DNA of 64,000 bases, taken from the NCBI GenBank assembly GCA_965205025.1, contig CBDBFU010000002.1:256001-320000 (forward strand), in the 5' to 3' direction. The notes below the pieces were generated by a model. It was given only the letters and a program-made list of their open reading frames with translations, was not told the origin of the DNA and did not search any database. Both the position numbers and the translations under genes were made by a program. This document shows, in pieces, positions 48,790 to 58,189 of this stretch; within the stretch, counting starts at the first letter, position 1, and each line of letters starts with the position of its first letter. Source of the DNA: Candidatus Poribacteria bacterium (GTDB lineage: Bacteria > Poribacteria > WGA-4E > WGA-3G).

Positions 48790-49725
48790 TTATCGTTTTG
48801 ATTCGAAAAGTGACATCTGATCTGATCTTGGTGTCTTGGAAGTAGTTGATATTTTCGTTAGTGAGGATTGTCCCCAAATGGCATCTAAGTCTGGTGTGCA
48901 GGCGTAATCCTTGAGAAATCGGGAGACGTCATCGGCTTTTCTCTGTCCGGATAATCTGTTTTGAATGATTTCAACATTGGTTGCATCAATTTCAACGCCA
49001 ATTGATTTTCGACCTAATTGTTGTGAAACAACCAATGTTGTCCCTGATCCAGCAAACGGATCAAGTACGACATCACCAGGATTTGTTGAAGAAAGGATAA
49101 TTCGAAGTAAGAGTTGTATCGGTGTCTGCTGTTTGTGTAAGCGATTTCCCTCTGCATCCCGTAATGCTTCATCTCCTGCATAATAACCTGATGTCAATTC
49201 ACGTATATCCTCCCATACGTCAGTTACATACATCCCATTTTCACGTTCGTGTTTATACCCTGCTGGCAAGGGTGGATCTATCCGTAGACGATTAAATACA
49301 CGGGGTTGCTTCCCTTTCGTTGCGAACCCAATTATCTGATAGTGTTTTCCAAAACGTTTCATCCCAGGGACGGCAGATGTTTTCTTCTTCCATATTATAA
49401 GATTTTGAAAAGTCCATCCCGTATCGGCTAAGCATCCGAGAACATATTCTGTATTCTTCTCACGTTGCATGAAATAGATTGCCCCACCTTCAGATGTTAA
49501 CGCATACACTTTAGCGCAAATATCGCTCATCCAATCCCAATACTCATTTGGGGGCAGGTTGTCATCCCACGCATTATATGCTTTATCTTGATTGAAGGGT
49601 GGATCAAGAAAGGATAGGTCTATTTTCTCAGCAATGTTGTCTACGTGCAAGGCATCCGCACAACTTTCATGAATAAGGATTGAATTTTCGCTAAAAGAGT
49701 TCACTTTGTACCTTGTACTTACCAC
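48790..49725 (-). CDS. N4/N6 amino-DNA methyltransferase (beta class)
   Basis: DPPF (motif IV) precedes LDPFAGSGTT (motif I). Confidence 0.92.
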   Translation of the reverse strand: MVSTRYKVNSFSENSILIHESCADALHVDNIAEKIDLSFLDPPFNQDKAYNAWDDNLPPNEYWDWMSDICAKVYALTSEGGAIYFMQREKNTEYVLGCLADTGWTFQNLIIWKKKTSAVPGMKRFGKHYQIIGFATKGKQPRVFNRLRIDPPLPAGYKHERENGMYVTDVWEDIRELTSGYYAGDEALRDAEGNRLHKQQTPIQLLLRIILSSTNPGDVVLDPFAGSGTTLVVSQQLGRKSIGVEIDATNVEIIQNRLSGQRKADDVSRFLKDYACTPDLDAIWGQSSLTKISTTSKTPRSDQMSLFESKR

Positions 49726-49807
49726 CTTTTTCAGGTGATAGTCATACCCACAGTAAGGTGATTCATTGAAACCGATTTACCAAGGGAATAGACTAACAAC
49801 CTTGTTA

Positions 49808-50302
49808 TTATACGGTGTAGTTTTTAACGACATCGTCATCAAGATTTTCTAAGATATCTTTGGTATCAACATCTTTGTCTTTATCTCTTTTGACTTCTGC
49901 CTCAAGGAAACCGTTTTCTTCGATGACATCCTCATCAACAAAGATAGGAGCATCACATCGGAGTGCAAGAGCAAAGGCGTCACTGGGGCGTGAATCAATT
50001 TCGTATTCTTCCCCGTTCAATTCAAGTGTTACCTTTGCATAAAAGGTAGTTTTTTCAAATGCGTTAACACAGATAGATTGCACCTTACCTGAAATAGTGT
50101 CAATAACGTTTTTGAGTAGATCGTGTGTCATAGGTCGTGGCATAGGAACATTCTTGAGTTGATTATCAATTGCCCATGCTTCCGATTCACCGATCCATAT
50201 TAGCAATATGCGTTTGGAATCGCCTTCTGTTTCTTTTAATATGACGACCGGTGCGCCAGTATTGCTATCAATGGTAAGAACTTCAATCTTCACTTCAACC
50301 AT
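49808..50302 (-). CDS. Bifunctional nuclease (DUF151)
   Basis: IWIGESEA, PRPMTHDL, DSRPSDA. Confidence 0.92.
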   Translation of the reverse strand: MVEVKIEVLTIDSNTGAPVVILKETEGDSKRILLIWIGESEAWAIDNQLKNVPMPRPMTHDLLKNVIDTISGKVQSICVNAFEKTTFYAKVTLELNGEEYEIDSRPSDAFALALRCDAPIFVDEDVIEENGFLEAEVKRDKDKDVDTKDILENLDDDVVKNYTV

Positions 50303-50336
50303 GTTATTACTCCTTTACTATGAATCCGTATTAAAA

Positions 50337-50774
50337 TTAAGATTCATTTTTTATATTTTTCTCCACTTCCGATGCCGAGAATCCGTTTTGTTCAAGCACA
50401 ACCTCATCAATATAGATTGGCACATCACATCTTAGAGCGAGAGCGATTGCGTCACTCGGTCGAGAATCAATAACTATTTCTTCACCGTCCGATTTGAGTT
50501 TCAGCGTTGCATAAAAGGTTGATTTTTCAAAGGCATTGATATAAATAGCGGTTACCGTTGCCGAAAGTGCCTCTACAATATTCTTCATAAGATCGTGTGT
50601 CATCGGCCGCGGCATAGGAACATTCTTGAGTTGACTATCAATCGCAGATGCTTCCGATTCACCGATCCATATTAATAAGAGTCGTTTTGATTCACTTTCT
50701 TTTTCTTCTAAGATAAGAACGGGAGTATTTGAACCACTACCAGTGGTAATAGATGCCGGTTTCATTTCTACCAT
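50337..50774 (-). CDS. Bifunctional nuclease (DUF151), tandem paralog
   Basis: Same motifs as 49808..50302. Confidence 0.9.
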   Translation of the reverse strand: MVEMKPASITTGSGSNTPVLILEEKESESKRLLLIWIGESEASAIDSQLKNVPMPRPMTHDLMKNIVEALSATVTAIYINAFEKSTFYATLKLKSDGEEIVIDSRPSDAIALALRCDVPIYIDEVVLEQNGFSASEVEKNIKNES

Positions 50775-50781
50775 AATATAG

Positions 50782-50886
50782 TCACTCTTTCTCTTCTAAA
50801 ATGTATCCGTTTTCTTCTATGACACTGTCTTCCACATAGATTGGCACGTCATATCGGAGTGCCATTGCAATTCCTTCGCTGGGGCG
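50782..50886 (-). pseudogene. Orphan 3' end of a third DUF151 gene
   Basis: Translates RPSEGIAMALRYDVPIYVEDSVIEENGYILEEKE*. Confidence 0.75.
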
Positions 50887-50896
50887 TAAACAATAT

Positions 50897-51523
50897 CTAC
50901 AGGGATGGTTCGGATTCCGATTCTACTCGTTTTACATCAAATATACGTTCGACAGGATCATAGTCTAAAAAGGTAATTTTATCTCCTTTTGATGGATTTG
51001 GTTCACCTACCTTGACACGACAATTAACAGTTATCGTTTGACCATTCGGCATCTCAACTTGTGCAGTGCCACCGTTCTGTGTGATATGATCGCTGGTTAC
51101 GTTCCCTTGTAGACCGAGTAGTTTTGGATCTTCAGATGTATCCACAGTATCGGTATTAGAGAATAGTTTTGTAAACGTCAACAGGAGATATCGCGTTCCG
51201 ATCACACTTGTTATAAATGCTATGATGATGGATGCACCGAAAGTTCCACTCGAAACGGTTTCGATGTTCAAAAGTTTATTCGCTATTAATCCAGCAAATC
51301 CCCATGTTATCATCAATGTTATCAATACTATCTTGAAGGATACCTCGGTAGCATTCAAGAATCTTAATATTACGGATACATGAGTTTTGGATTTCGTATC
51401 AACATCCCGATGCCAAATAAGTGTAATAATACGCCAAATAATCGCATACAGGAATACTACAGCTATAGGAAAAGTGTAGCAGATATTATGTGGTACAGTC
51501 AGGTATGTCCAGAATGTGTCCAT
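50897..51523 (-). CDS. YqiJ/NfeD-like membrane protein with OB fold
   Basis: Three TM segments then LLGLQGNVTS...SKGDKITFLDYD. Confidence 0.65.
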   Translation of the reverse strand: MDTFWTYLTVPHNICYTFPIAVVFLYAIIWRIITLIWHRDVDTKSKTHVSVILRFLNATEVSFKIVLITLMITWGFAGLIANKLLNIETVSSGTFGASIIIAFITSVIGTRYLLLTFTKLFSNTDTVDTSEDPKLLGLQGNVTSDHITQNGGTAQVEMPNGQTITVNCRVKVGEPNPSKGDKITFLDYDPVERIFDVKRVESESEPSL

Positions 51524-51524
51524 T

Positions 51525-51905
51525 TTAGTTTTGTATCTGTTGTGCGATTAATGTATGTGCGCGCCGTGCCTCCCGGTAACTCATATTGTCGATGCAGTAC
51601 ATATTACGTTTAACGTTTATTTCCAATCGTGCTTGTCCTAAAATCCTATGTTTTAAGAATCTGGCTAAATTGACGGTGTTGATATCACTAAAAGGCAGAT
51701 TACATCGTACATTTGCGTATGAAACAGCGAGGCTTCCCATATATTTTTCGTCTAATATTAGGACACGCCGGTTTGTAATCAGTACAAAATCTGGATGTAA
51801 TAGTGATGAACGTCCCAAAACACATAAGCAGATCTGTTCATCCGGTTGTAATTCTGCTTTTGCGATCTGTTGTATGCGGTTTGGTAGACTGTCGAAATCC
51901 ACCAT
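51525..51905 (-). CDS. Bacterial PH-like domain protein
   Basis: LQPDEQI...VLITNRRVLIL. Start at MVDFDS with an AAGGTG RBS. Confidence 0.65.
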   Translation of the reverse strand: MVDFDSLPNRIQQIAKAELQPDEQICLCVLGRSSLLHPDFVLITNRRVLILDEKYMGSLAVSYANVRCNLPFSDINTVNLARFLKHRILGQARLEINVKRNMYCIDNMSYREARRAHTLIAQQIQN

Positions 51906-52019
51906 TGTGCTTACACCTTGCGATAGTAAAATGTGTAATATGAAATCCGCCGATAGACGGTTTATAGGTTGTGTCAATCGGCGGAACTACGGTATTATCC
52001 AATAAGTTGTTATTCGTAT

Positions 52020-52160
52020 TACCGCAAACTAAATGAAGATTTATTTTTTTATTCGGCAATTCTAATTACCTCAGACCCGGTAGGTGCGGTTTCCTAACCG
52101 CACCGAATTTCTCAGCAAAATTACCGATATATTTATTTTATCTTCATACAGTTTACGGTA
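52020..52160. mobile_element. MITE-like element with ~40-bp imperfect IR and central REP
   Basis: TACCGCAAACTAAATGAAGAT...ATCTTCATACAGTTTACGGTA. Core GTAGGTGCGGTTTCCTAACCGCACC. Confidence 0.6.
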
Positions 52161-52237
52161 CGAATAGAAGAATCAAAAATCGGAGTTTCCTCCTACAGAA
52201 CATGTATTGTCCGATAATGATCAGTCAAAGATCATGA

Positions 52238-52588
52238 TGGAGGTGGCGGGAATTGAACCCGCGTCCGAAAGTATATTGATAAAGGCTACTACATGCTTAT
52301 CACAGGCTTTATGTTTTGCCTCTTAGACTCCCCTGTGCAAGATTCCAAGACGGCTATCTCAAGTTTATGTTCGCGGTATGTCCCTTGAGAACGACCAGAC
52401 CGCTATCCCGTATTGCGACGCTTTAGCCTCTCTGACGGGAGGCAGATCAACCAAGCGTAGCTGTCTTAAGCAGCTAATGCTAATTCTTGATCAGCAATTA
52501 TAATTGTTCCGCCTATTTTACGAGGCCTGCGGAGACCTCGACATGCAACCTGTATCGCAATTACCTCCGTCGAAACCAAGTCACCCCC
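52238..52588 (-). ncRNA. ssrA: tmRNA
   Basis: 5' GGGGGTGACTTGGTTTCGAC, 3' GCGGGTTCAATTCCCGCCACCTCCA. Tag ORF 52466-52495 encodes (A)ADQELALAA*. Adjacent to smpB. Confidence 0.96.
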
Positions 52589-52606
52589 GAAATAAATTGT
52601 GAAAAT

Positions 52607-53071
52607 CTATGTGTATGATCGTATTTCTCGGGTAGCCTGTTCGCGATCTATTTTATCGCGTTTGTCGTATAGTTTTTTACCTTGTGCGACTGCTAACTCT
52701 ACCTTGACATTGCTTCCTAAAAAATATGCCTTTGTTGGAATTAGTGTCATCCCTTTTGAATGTACGGATCGTTCAAGTTTCTTTATTTCGTTACGGTGTA
52801 ATAACAGTTTCCGAATACGTTTTGGTTCGTGATTTGCTCGATTTCCGTGATCGTATAATCCGATAAACGCATCAATCAGAAATATCTCTCCTTCTGTTAT
52901 TTGTGCGTAACTATCCGTGAGATTAAACTGCCCGTTCCGTATTGCTTTCACCTCAGTCCCCTGTAAGACGATTCCTGCCTCAAATCGGTCACCCAAATGA
53001 TAGTCGTGGCGTGCTTTCCGATTGACAGTTATGGTAGGGTTCTGCTGTGTTTTTTTCTTGTTCTTTTTCAC
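52607..53071 (-). CDS. smpB: SsrA-binding protein
   Basis: NRKARHDY, AGIVLQGTEVK, RKLLLH, GKKLYDKR. Start uncertain (GTG 53071 preferred). Confidence 0.95.
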   Translation of the reverse strand: MKKNKKKTQQNPTITVNRKARHDYHLGDRFEAGIVLQGTEVKAIRNGQFNLTDSYAQITEGEIFLIDAFIGLYDHGNRANHEPKRIRKLLLHRNEIKKLERSVHSKGMTLIPTKAYFLGSNVKVELAVAQGKKLYDKRDKIDREQATREIRSYT

Positions 53072-53140
53072 AATGCGTTTAATTTTAACATATAAAATTG
53101 TCGTATGCAAGCGAATTATAGATTGTAGCTAGTTTATTTC

Positions 53141-54260
53141 GTAGGTTGGGTTGAACCACAGTGAATTCCATACGCGGATTCACTGAATCTTCCATATTAC
53201 TTATAGGCATCAATTTAAGCATTGGACTCTTCTATAGAAGGGGATTCCAATCCCAATCTTCCTCCCTCTTCTGTAGGAGGGGATTCCGATCCCCGATTCT
53301 TATACCATTTCTATTTTAATAGTTCACATTACGAATACTCTTAGTAGTCCCCTGATAAGGGGATTTAGGGGTTTCTTTAAGTTAATAATGGATGATCATT
53401 ATTTAGATATGGTATTAGATGTATGGATACTGCGTATTGTAAAAAAATGTTAATATTTGTCGTCTTGAATTCTTTACACTTTCACGGAAACCTTCACGGA
53501 GCATTTTTACGAACCCTTGTTCTATATGGGTTTATAATTTCAACTATACCAATCCTCCGTGAATCACACATGTTAATACTAACATAACACAAGCCTGTAT
53601 GGAATGCATCTTTGGGTTTCATCTTATACCATTTCTATAGATATTTAGTTGTTATACGTGGCTTGAAATACCGCACAAACTGAAAGTTTATGCTACATTT
53701 AAGAGACCTTAATTATCAGAAATGGTATAAGATCGTGGATTAGAATTCACACTCCTACTAAGAATTTAATGCTAAAATTGACGTCTATAGTGACAAATTA
53801 TTTACGCACCCAAATAAGAACAGCCCCAGCGGGGCGAAATGTTTGTAGAAACGCCATACCTCCCATAGGTCAAGCCCCAGAGGGGCGAAAGGTGTGTAGA
53901 AAACGTAATAGTCCTAAACAATAAGCCCCAGGGAATGCCTAATGGCATTCATACCCGGGGAACGCCCACAGGCGTTCATACCGTTGATTCCTTGATTCAC
54001 GGGGCGAAAGGTGTATCGCTTAATATTATCCAAACTATAATAATAATTTGGGTAAAATAAAAACGAAGTAATTTTATACCCGTTACACATTTGAAAGATG
54101 TATTATTTAACACAAGTTGCTACTAACGGATTTGATCGTTTCAACACAGCTTTTCAGACACTTTCCTCAACCCCAGAGGGGTGATATGTCTATAGAAAAA
54201 ACTATATCAACATCCTGCACTCCAGCGGAGTGCTATGTCTAAAATTGTCCAAACTATAGG
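53141..54260. repeat. Nested REP/MITE cluster
   Basis: Outer IR at 53202-53223 and 53768-53789. Inner MITEs at 53298-53419 and 53621-53733. Several GTAG hairpins and CCCCAG(C/A)GGGG repeats. Confidence 0.75.
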
Positions 54261-54499
54261 AACTGCTAAAACGTTGATTTATTTTGGGTATCAATCTCCT
54301 ATTAATTGCTTAAATTCATAGATTGCAAAGGAAACGAAAAAACGGAAAAAGTTACACTTTTTGTCACATCGTGTGACATTTGTTTTCGGCATAATTATGT
54401 CCTTCAGCCCAGTACTGGACTGGGTTTGTTGCAGTATAAATATAAAAAAGTAAAATTTCTAAATTTCTCATTTTTGTGTTGTTTTCTCTGCTTTTTGTT

Positions 54500-54600
54500 T
54501 GTGTGTAAAATGTTCACAATTGTTGATAGATTGTTGATAATTATCAGTTGTTCGTTTATAGTTGTTAATTGTCGATTGTTGGTTATCAATTACTGGTTTT
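54500..54600. repeat. Degenerate 7-nt tandem repeat
   Basis: Period-7 runs of the TTGTTGA/TTATCAG type. Confidence 0.5.
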
Positions 54601-54683
54601 TCAGAACCAAGATTAACTGGATTTCTCAAGATATTTTTTAAAATATATCTATACATTTTTTGAACCAAGGTGTATGGAACTGA

Positions 54684-55556
54684 TTATCCCGTAATTGCCT
54701 TTTGTTCTGGTGGTTTGATTGCAAGTAGTAGATTCTCTACCGCTTCAACGATTTCAGGATCGTTCTGGTTTTCAGATAGTTCTTCATCTGAACTGATTGC
54801 TTTGGTTATTCTCCCTAAAACAGATAAAATAGTGGGTTTGGTTAGATTCTTGTTGTGAGCAACAGTCAATCTATTGATAGTATCAAGTGTCTTTGTTAGT
54901 GAGTTCGTGAGAGCAGGTATCTGTTTTGACGAGGTCTCACTGTCTTCCAGTACGGTTTGGATTCGTTGTAGATGATTGACTAAGAGATCCACTTGTTCTG
55001 GAATATTGGAGAATTGCTGTTCAGTGCATACACCAATTTTCCATGCACGCTCTTCCTCCCAAAATACTCCATATTTCTCTTGCGGAAATCGTGAGTCACC
55101 TTTCTTTAGATATGAAAAAAGAGGTATTAAGGTTGTGCGAAGCGGTTGCATACCCATAGCATCGTCTTGTGCTAACCGATTTAGGATTGGATCTTCATTC
55201 ATCAATGTTGTAACCGCTTTTGATGTTGTAAGTCCATAGGCGTGGTAACGGACCATAGTTTCACGATGATGGTCTGTTATGAAGTTGGATATACACCTCT
55301 TTAATTCGCACCGGACAATACCCTTTAGATTTTGCATGGTATCCTCGTCAATGCCGTTTTCAGATTGCTTGAGTATATCTGAACCCGTAATTTTGATAGC
55401 GTACTTCTGTATAAGTTCAATAACATCATTGACAACGACACCTGGGGTGGTGTAATTGAACTTTCTTTTAATTTCTTTATGTAGTTCGTCAGTATCAGTT
55501 TTATAAACACCTTCAAAAATTTCTGTCCTTAGTTTTGACATTCCTCCACTATTCAT
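54684..55556 (-). CDS. Hypothetical helical protein
   Basis: GGAGG RBS before MNSGGM. No firm family call. Confidence 0.7.
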   Translation of the reverse strand: MNSGGMSKLRTEIFEGVYKTDTDELHKEIKRKFNYTTPGVVVNDVIELIQKYAIKITGSDILKQSENGIDEDTMQNLKGIVRCELKRCISNFITDHHRETMVRYHAYGLTTSKAVTTLMNEDPILNRLAQDDAMGMQPLRTTLIPLFSYLKKGDSRFPQEKYGVFWEEERAWKIGVCTEQQFSNIPEQVDLLVNHLQRIQTVLEDSETSSKQIPALTNSLTKTLDTINRLTVAHNKNLTKPTILSVLGRITKAISSDEELSENQNDPEIVEAVENLLLAIKPPEQKAITG

Positions 55557-55952
55557 GGTTATCCTCCATATTTTTAGTTTTTCAAGTTTTTTTAGTCGGT
55601 TTTTTAAACCTTTCAATTTAAAGTGCTTTGAAGTAAGTCTGAGACTGACTTCATAACGAATCACCAAAAGCAGGTGATTTTTTAAAAATTTGAAAAACTT
55701 GAAAACTGTATTTTCGGTTCAATCTGCTATAAACCCATTCTGGTAAAGGGATTGTACAGAATTGCCTAATATTTATCAATCGAACCTCAAATATATACAT
55801 TATCATAATAAAATAAACCTTTATCGTTTATATTTTCCATTACACACCATATTATTATAACATACGTGTAAAACATATGCAACTTTATTTTTCACACACG
55901 TGACTTCAGATGGTATTATGCGGATTTTTATTCACTGTTTTTTTATTTTAAT

Positions 55953-57042
55953 CAGGACTTACGCAGTTTTAAATTTTATTGAAGGATTTGAGAGTTGATG
56001 TTTTAAGTAATCACTCAATAAACCATCTTTAAACTCGTAAATCTTTTGTCCAACAGCACGTACAACACGCGTCATAAAGACCCATACTTGGAAACTACAC
56101 GCAATATGATTTCTCTGGGCACGCATCTTACGACATTGGCATTTACCAATACCGGTTACTTGTTTCATCTCACGATGAAGGAGTTCAATCTTCCAACGGA
56201 GACGACACTTTTGGTGAGTCATATCCACATTTGATTGTGTCAAATCGTTTGTCACTATATATTCCGTGCGTCCGGTATCAGACACAAACCGGAATAACTT
56301 TACGACAGAACCTTTCGGAAAGTTTTTGAGATGTACGCGTTTACCGCTTTTCTTTTCTGCTTGAGACCAAGATAGATCTTTGACTGCCTTGTGAGGTTCT
56401 ACACCTTTGGTATCATTCACAAGACGGTTTCGTTTCAACGGAACATAATAGATCTTAGAAAGTCTATCAATCGCTTTCATCACTTTCATGGACGCATACC
56501 AAGAGTCCATCAAGACTGTCCGGAATGGGAGTTGTTTCTTAGAATAAGCATCGTGCAACATATCCAATAAATGATCGATTTTGGTTTTACCGTCATGATC
56601 TCTGTCAAAAATACGGTAATCAATGACCCAATATTCCTGTGTCTTAGGGTTGACATAGAGACAGGTGACAATACCGATACCTTGAATCACCTTTCTGTCA
56701 CTACCACTCCATTGAGAGCGTACTATTTCAATCCGTTTAGAATGTATTTTTGACAGCACAACATCATCAAAAATCAGGTATCCTTCTTCATCAAAGTCGA
56801 TGTCGTCTTTGACGGATGCCCAGAGTTCACTTGTAGGAATGTTTTCGTCTCTCAGAAAGCGATTGAGTTGATCGTGGCTCCAACGGTCTGTATGTTTAGC
56901 AAAATAAGTTTGTGTAAAATTAGTAAAACTTGAAAACAAATATTGACAATAATCGGAAAATAAGTCTTGCTTCTTTTTAGAATGTGTAAATGTGTTCATA
57001 ATCAATAAGAATAACACATTTTGTAATTTTGCGTAAGTCCTG
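55953..57042 (-). mobile_element. IS701-family insertion sequence, copy 2 (1090 bp)
   Basis: Same IRs as copy 1. Direct repeat TTAAT at 55948-55952 and 57043-57047. Only two substitutions noticed relative to copy 1. Confidence 0.92.
55959..56999 (-). CDS. IS701-family transposase
   Basis: Identical to copy 1 except one V-to-M change. Confidence 0.9.
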   Translation of the reverse strand: MNTFTHSKKKQDLFSDYCQYLFSSFTNFTQTYFAKHTDRWSHDQLNRFLRDENIPTSELWASVKDDIDFDEEGYLIFDDVVLSKIHSKRIEIVRSQWSGSDRKVIQGIGIVTCLYVNPKTQEYWVIDYRIFDRDHDGKTKIDHLLDMLHDAYSKKQLPFRTVLMDSWYASMKVMKAIDRLSKIYYVPLKRNRLVNDTKGVEPHKAVKDLSWSQAEKKSGKRVHLKNFPKGSVVKLFRFVSDTGRTEYIVTNDLTQSNVDMTHQKCRLRWKIELLHREMKQVTGIGKCQCRKMRAQRNHIACSFQVWVFMTRVVRAVGQKIYEFKDGLLSDYLKHQLSNPSIKFKTA

Positions 57043-57114
57043 TTAATACTATTTTCAATTTATAGGTATACATTATGATTTATCTGAAACAAGGATTATC
57101 ATATACGTATTTAT

Positions 57115-57241
57115 GAGTCCCGGGGAATGCCTAAATGGCATTCATACCGTTGATTCGAGGGGCGAAAGGTGTGTAGAAACGAGGGAATCGCGGGTTAGTT
57201 GTCTGAATCGCGGATTACACGGATTACGCAGATTTCACGGA
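57115..57241. repeat. Composite intergenic repeats
   Basis: CCCC/GGGG repeat interrupted by a GGAATGCC..GGCATTC element, followed by GGATTACAC-type 9-mers. Confidence 0.6.
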
Positions 57242-57296
57242 AAAGAGGGGTTTGATAAAAGGTGAATGTTTTTTATTAGGATAATGTCTCTAATTT

Positions 57297-58127
57297 TTAT
57301 TCTGCGGATGATTCTAATTCCTGTAGAAATGCTTCAACGCTGGATGTCTGGATTGCTGTCCGATGCAACCCTAACAAGTGATCAAAGTCTTGAATGGATT
57401 CAAGTGCTTTCGCCACAGGTTGTACATCCTCAAATGGAAAACGTTCGGTAAGAACAGACAAAATATTTCTAATACAAGCTTCAATACCTTGTTCAATACC
57501 TTGTCCAATACCGCGCTGCATTATGAGTTCGATAAAAGGAGATTCTTGCATCATTTCCTCCAATATGAGTTTTTGAAAAAGACTTGCATCGTATGTTAAA
57601 CTACCCAACGTTGATAATGCAAACAATAGTGTGCCACGCGTCTGTGTGTCAACGGGTGCGGATTCCGTCTTTTCGACACACTTTTGCAACCATGCTTCCG
57701 TGTTCATGCCTTCAGGTGGTTTCATTAAGGGTGTGAACGGTAATAGACCAACCGACACTGCATCCAAAAACAACTCACCTTCTAAATCTGCCAATCGAAT
57801 TACCTGATATTTGTGTTGCAAACCAAATGTATCATCTCCATAACTATAGCCACCTGGATCCGTTTGTCCTGCGTTTTGACTTAAATAGAGAACGACTGAA
57901 TAGACTGGAAGTTCATACCGTAGCAGAAGTTCACCAGCATACGCAAGAACACGCAACGGCATCGGTTTATCTCTACTGTCTTGGGTTTGTACTTCTATAT
58001 GAAGTAGTACTGTTTCATTATGCCACCGTACCTTAAATGTCATGTCGTTACGATGGACTTTTACTGTTTGTTGCTCCGTATCAAGTGTCTCTAAGACTTC
58101 AACATTGGATGTAGCAAAAGATAACAT
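57297..58127 (-). CDS. Rpn-family nuclease, probably 5'-truncated
   Basis: LLHIEVQT, MPLRVLAY, VYSVVLYL, GIEQG repeats. Internal GGAGG RBS with in-frame ATG at 57551. Confidence 0.8.
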   Translation of the reverse strand: MLSFATSNVEVLETLDTEQQTVKVHRNDMTFKVRWHNETVLLHIEVQTQDSRDKPMPLRVLAYAGELLLRYELPVYSVVLYLSQNAGQTDPGGYSYGDDTFGLQHKYQVIRLADLEGELFLDAVSVGLLPFTPLMKPPEGMNTEAWLQKCVEKTESAPVDTQTRGTLLFALSTLGSLTYDASLFQKLILEEMMQESPFIELIMQRGIGQGIEQGIEACIRNILSVLTERFPFEDVQPVAKALESIQDFDHLLGLHRTAIQTSSVEAFLQELESSAE

Positions 58128-58189
58128 GGTAAATGAGTTGTTTAATCTGAACCGTGAACTATAGGATTAGTTGGCAGTAAAAATATGAT

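Noticed and set aside
52100-52260. Island integrated at the ssrA 3' end
   Set aside because: No integrase and no duplicated tmRNA 3' fragment noticed in the window.
53822-54240. CRISPR array from CCCCAG-GGGG repeats
   Set aside because: Few, degenerate, irregularly spaced copies, and a dispersed copy near 57120; REP-like.
54306-54668. Short ORFs on both strands
   Set aside because: Produced by low-complexity heptamer repeats; no RBS or motifs.
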